From assembly GCF_009914755.1 (NCBI RefSeq), contig NC_060934.1: 64,000 nucleotides of DNA. One strand, 5' to 3'. The position numbers were made by a program, and so were the translations under genes. Positions 59,272-64,000 of the stretch are shown here, one piece after another. This DNA comes from the human T2T-CHM13v2.0 reference genome, Homo sapiens. Each line of letters starts with the position of its first letter. Within the stretch, counting starts at the first letter, position 1. The notes below the pieces were generated by a model, which searched no databases, had not been told where the DNA came from, and saw only the letters and a list, made by a program, of their open reading frames with translations.

Positions 59272-60718
59272 TGAGAGGTCACAGCGTGCTGGCAGTCCTC
59301 ACAGCCCTCGCTCGCTCTCGGCGCCTCCTCTGCCTGGGCTCCCACTTTGGCGGCACTTGAGGAGCTCTTCAGCCCACCGCTGCACTGTAGGAGCCCCTTT
59401 CTGGGCTGGCCAAGGTCGGAGCCGGCTCCCTCAGCTTGCAGGGAGGTGTGGAGGGAGAGGCGTGAGCCGGAACCAGGGCTGCGCGCAGCGCTTGCGGGCC
59501 AGCTAGAGTTCCCGGTGAGCATGGGCTTGGCGGGCCCCGCACTCGGAGCAGCCGGCCGGCCCTGCCGGCCCCGGGCAATGAGGGGCTTAGCACCCAGCCA
59601 GCAGCTGCGGAGGGGGTTCTAGGTCCCCCAGTAGTGCCGGCCTACCGGCACTGCGCTCGATTTCTCGCTGGGCCTTAGCTGCCTTCCCCTGGGGCAGGGC
59701 TCGGGACCTGCAGCCCGCCATGCCTGAGCCTCCCACCCCCTCCGTGGGCTCCTGTGTGGCCCCAGCCTCCTTGACGAGCGCCACTCCCTGCTCCACGGCG
59801 CCCAGTCCCATCGACCACCCAAGGGCTGAGGAGTGCAGGCGCACAGCGCAGGACTGGCAGGCAGCTCCAGTCCTGCAGGCAGCTCCACCCGCAGCCCCGG
59901 TGCGGGATCCACTGGGTGAAGCCAGCTGGGCTCCTGAGTCTGGTGGAGCCTTGGAGAACCTTTATGTGTAGCTCAGGGATTGTAAATACACCAATCGGCA
60001 CTCTGTATCTAGCTCAAGGTTTGTAAACACACCAATCAGCACCCTGTGTCTAGCTCAGGGTTTCTGAGTGCACCAATCGACACTCTGTATCTCGCTGCTC
60101 TGGTGGGGGCTTGGAGAACCTTTGTGTGGATACTCTGTATCTAACTAATCTGATGGGGACGTGGAGAACCTTTGTGTCTAGCTCAGGGATTGTAAACGCA
60201 CCAATCAGCGCCCTGACAAAACAGACCACTTGGCTCTACCAATCAGCAGGATGTGGGTGGGGCCAGATAAGAGAATAAAAGCAGGCTGCCAGAGCAAGCA
60301 GTGGCAACACGCTCGGGTCCCCTTCCACACTGTGGAAGCTTTGTTCTTTCGCTCTTTGCAATAAATCTTGCTACTGCTCACTCTTTGGGTCCACGCTGCT
60401 TTTATGAGCTGTGACACTCACCACGAAGGTCTGCAGCTTCACTCCTGAAGCCAGTGAGACCACGAGCCCACCGGGAGGAACGAACAACTCCGGACGCGCT
60501 GCCTTAAGAGCTGTAACACTCACTGTGAAGGTCTGCAGCTTCACTCCTGAGCCAGCGAGACCACGAACGCACCAGAAGGAAGAAATTCCGGACACATCCG
60601 AACATCAGAAGGAACAAACTCCAGACGTGCTACCTTAAGAGCTGTAACACTCACCGCGAGGGTCCGCGGCTTCATTCTTGAAGTCAGTGAGACCAAGAAC
60701 CCACCAATTCCGGACACA
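59272..60718 (+). mobile_element. LTR12C-type (ERV9) solo LTR, full length (~1.45 kb), sense to SGPL1
   Basis: Starts TGAGAGGTCACAGCGTGCTGGCAGTCC and ends CCAATTCCGGACACA. 4-bp TSD GTAG (59268-59271, 60719-60722). It has a CpG-rich U3, CCAATC tandem repeats, an AGATAA + AATAAAA promoter box, an AATAAA at 60360 and three U5 repeats. Confidence 0.95.
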
Positions 60719-60791
60719 GTAGAAGCCCATTGGGCTTTTAAATTTTATTTACTCTAATTTCATTCTAAAGAATTCTGTTTTGTAGTTCTCC

Positions 60792-61097
60792 TTTTATTTT
60801 ATTATTATTTTTTGAGACAGGGTGTCACTCTGTTGCTCAGGCCAGAGTGTAGTGGTGCCATCTCAGCTCACTGCAGCCTTGACCTCTCTGGGCTCAAGCG
60901 ACCCTCCCACCTCAGCCCCCTTGAGTAGCTGGGACTACAGGCATGCACCACCATGCCTCACTAATTTTTGTATTTTTAGTAGAGATGGGGTTTCACCATG
61001 TTGCCCAGGCTGGTCTTGAACTCCCAAGCTGAAGTGATCTGCCTGCCTTGGCTTCTCAAAGTGCTGGGATTACAGGCGTAAGCCACCACGCTTGGCC
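60792..61097 (-). mobile_element. Alu (J-type)
   Basis: Full Alu consensus motifs. Confidence 0.92.
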
Positions 61098-63911
61098 GTC
61101 TTTTTTTTTTTTTTTTTTTTAATCTGCTTGGTTGTTTTTTATAGTCCTTTTCCTTGGCTTAACTTTTGTTTACTTAAATATATTACACATAAATATGTTG
61201 TATTCTGTGTCTGATAATTCCAATATCCATGAGCCTTACCTGATTCTGCTGGCTTCAGTCATGGTTCCTTGTTTCCTTATATTTGTGATTTTCTTTTATT
61301 TATTTATTTTTTTATGAGCCACTCATTTTTCTGGGAACCTAGGGATTCTTTGAGGCCTAGACTGAAGTTAAGTCTGGAAGTTCTCTTCTTCCAGAGAAGA
61401 TTTGTCATACCTTTTTGAGTTGCTGGGGATTGCCACCACACTGGAACCAAATTAAGTCAAATCCTTAGCTTGTCATTTTGTACCACAGAGGTAGTGTGAA
61501 TTCTGACCACAAACTCACATAAAGGCTTCCTTGTTACACATTCTTGAAAGATTGCTATTTTTCTTTACTTGAACATCAGGGTTGAGAAAAACAGTTTTTC
61601 TTTTCTCTTTTGCAGTAGTGGGATTTATTTCTTGTACACTGTAGAGTGTGGTCTTTTTCCAGCCATCTCCTGTTGGACTCCTTATCTTGGGCAGTCTCTA
61701 ATGTATCTTCTGGTCCATCCTTTGCTCATCTGTCAGTGTAGGAGTTTGAAGTCTGAAGGGTCTGGTGCCACCTCAGGGTGAAAGCTAGTTTTGCCACTCA
61801 CTTATCTTGCAGGATTCTTGATTTTGCTTTGTTTGGGGGTTTAGCAAGTTTCTTTATGTTAGGTTAGTGATAGGTTTAAATTTTTTTTTTTTGATGTTTT
61901 ATCAAGTTTTTTAGTTATTTCAGTTAGGAAGGTTGCTCAAGGTATATAATATTGCTAGAAATAGAAGTTCCATAATTGTTTTTTCCATGTTACAGACCTT
62001 CGTCTATTTGAAAGCCCCTTTCTCCCTGAATCTTCTCTGCCCCACATTTTTCTGGGTTACTCCGCTTTTCATATGATTTCACAGACTTCCAACCATCGCA
62101 GTCATTCTCTGTATGACTTTTGGTTGCCTCTGGCCAGATTGAACACAGTTCTCCACATTTGGAGTGGCATTGATCTTTCAATCTCTGTCTTTTTTAAATC
62201 TGGGTTCAATAAACTTATTTCAGACCTTTTCCTTGAAGTCAGCATTTTTATTCTTGGCAATGTTTATTTTATTCCTTGCTGTTCCTAATGTCTTTGTTAG
62301 TTCTGTATGGATGCTACTGGCTTTGTTTTTTTAGGTCTGTAGCTCATTCTTTTTGTTTCATGGTCTAGGTTTTGAACTCTTTGTTTTCTTAAATTCATGT
62401 TCTTATGATATTTTCCTATAGTGAGAAAGTTATAAGGGGTTTCCTTCATCCCTTAGCTTGTTTCCTTCTGTGTTGGGTTTTTATTTTGCATGCTACATAC
62501 TACCTTTTCCCCTGCCTTTTAGTTTGTTTGCATAGTTTCCTTGCCATTTTCTCTCATCTTGGGGTGGCATTCTCCAGACATTGTTCTTATGCACTGTGGG
62601 TGCTTCCTGTCTGAGACCATTTGGCTGGGGACAAAGCTCAGCCAAAGCTTTGTTCTATCTGTATTAGAATAACCAGGTCTATTCTGAGATTCTCTTCAAA
62701 GTTACCTATCAGAGTTCACTCTCTTATTTGGAAGAGATAATATACCCTTTGAGCTCTGATTATTTAATTCACTGAAGTCTTCACTCTAAAGAGCCAATCC
62801 TGATGTTCTCTCTTCATTTTGCTCATTTCTCCCTAGCAGCCATGTTTACCACTCACTCATGAGAAGAAGAAGAAAATAAGGAAACCCCCTCAGCTTGCCT
62901 CTGCAGATTTGGGGGTATAAAGGAAAATTCTCAGGATTTTGCTGACTTTGCGGTACAGTTTCAAGGGCTGATTAGAAACTAGTGTTTTGCTTACTTCTGC
63001 TCTCTGCTGTTTCACTGTTTCTTTTTTTTTTTTGATTGCCAATATTTGAAGTTTATTGCCTAGATTATCTCTCTTTCCTTGTTTGGTTGTTGTTATTGTA
63101 GATTTTGACTCTTTTCTCTCCCTGCACTCACCCTTTTTTTTTTCTTCCCATCTTACTCCTGAAGTCCAGGCCTAGGGGTTTTTTGCATTGCTGCAATTAA
63201 ACCATATCTCTATTATTTTGATCTTCAGCACGTGTGAGGGATCAGAAGAAGGATAGAGTCTGATTCCCAGGCTCTTCTAATATTTAGACTTTTATAAAAT
63301 AACTAATCAGCACTGGTATTGTCTTTTTCCCTCTCCCACTCTGTCTCCCCCACTCCTCCCTTAGCTTCTTACTTCTCTCTCTGGATGAGCTGCTTCTAGT
63401 GAAGAAAGAGTTCACTGTTCAGAGGTGGGAAGCCAGAAGATAAAACCAAATGGCTGGGCAGTCTTTAGGTTATTCCTAGCTAAGAGTTAAGAGTTGTAAG
63501 CTCTCTCATTCTTTGTTCTTCAGCCTTAAACTATCTTTCCTTCTATTAACTTTATTTGTCTCAGTTACAATGATAGAGGTAACTTCACATACTAAAAGAA
63601 ATTAGGTTACCATGTGAAACATTCTTCTTGGCTTGTGCTAATGTTATCAGATCCAAACAGCATCTGAAAGAAAATTTTCCAAGTAGATGTTGTTCTCTTG
63701 TTTTCTGAAATACATATCATATGTTAAAGTGAGAGTTTTTATACATGTTGAAAGAAGTTGAATGACATAACAAATAGTTACTGAGGCCTCCATTTTCTTA
63801 CTTCACAGTTAAAATTCCTGTTTCTCTTTGGGTATAGGAGGTAGAAAGAAGTGGGAGAGTAATAGCATTTTAAAACACAGAATCAAAAATACATATTAAA
63901 AGTAGAACTTA

Positions 63912-64000
63912 GGCCCAGGCACAGTGACTCACGCCTGTAGTCCCAGCACCATGGGAGGCTGAGGCAAGTGGATCGCTCGAGCCCAGGAATTCGAGACCAG
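63912..64000 (+). mobile_element. Alu/FLAM 5' end, cut by window edge
   Basis: ggcccaggcacagtgactcacgcctgtagtcccagc... Confidence 0.88.

Noticed and set aside
59187-60638. Cluster of overlapping 70-111 aa ORFs
   Set aside because: They lie in the GC-rich LTR12C; it is a solo LTR with no gag/pol/env sequence.
60408-60718. Three ~100-130-bp spaced repeats resembling an array
   Set aside because: Normal LTR12 U5 tandem repeats; no unique spacers, eukaryotic context, not CRISPR.

Overview
This is primate (human-like) genomic DNA containing the 5' two-thirds of SGPL1 (sphingosine-1-phosphate lyase 1) on the + strand. It comprises ~13.5 kb of repeat-rich upstream sequence, a CpG-island promoter with a non-coding exon 1 (~13.6-13.94 kb), and coding exons 2-7. 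These splice with GT-AG boundaries into one open frame of 615 nt / 205 codons (MPSTDLLML|KAFEPY...GPDSCGC). The window ends inside intron 7, so the PLP-lysine exons are not present. The rest is Alu, L1, L2/MIR, MaLR/ERV LTR and hAT DNA-transposon sequence; repeat families are named from recalled consensus, not from a search. I see no evidence of a wholly new biological system. The features most worth checking are: (1) a ~2.3-kb antisense insertion in intron 2 with L1-retrotransposition hallmarks that looks like a non-coding retrocopy of an unidentified mRNA 3'UTR; (2) an intact sense-oriented LTR12C solo LTR in intron 7; (3) splice architecture that could give transmembrane-less or truncated SGPL1; (4) Alu-tail-derived pentanucleotide repeats, including a (TTCCA)n block.
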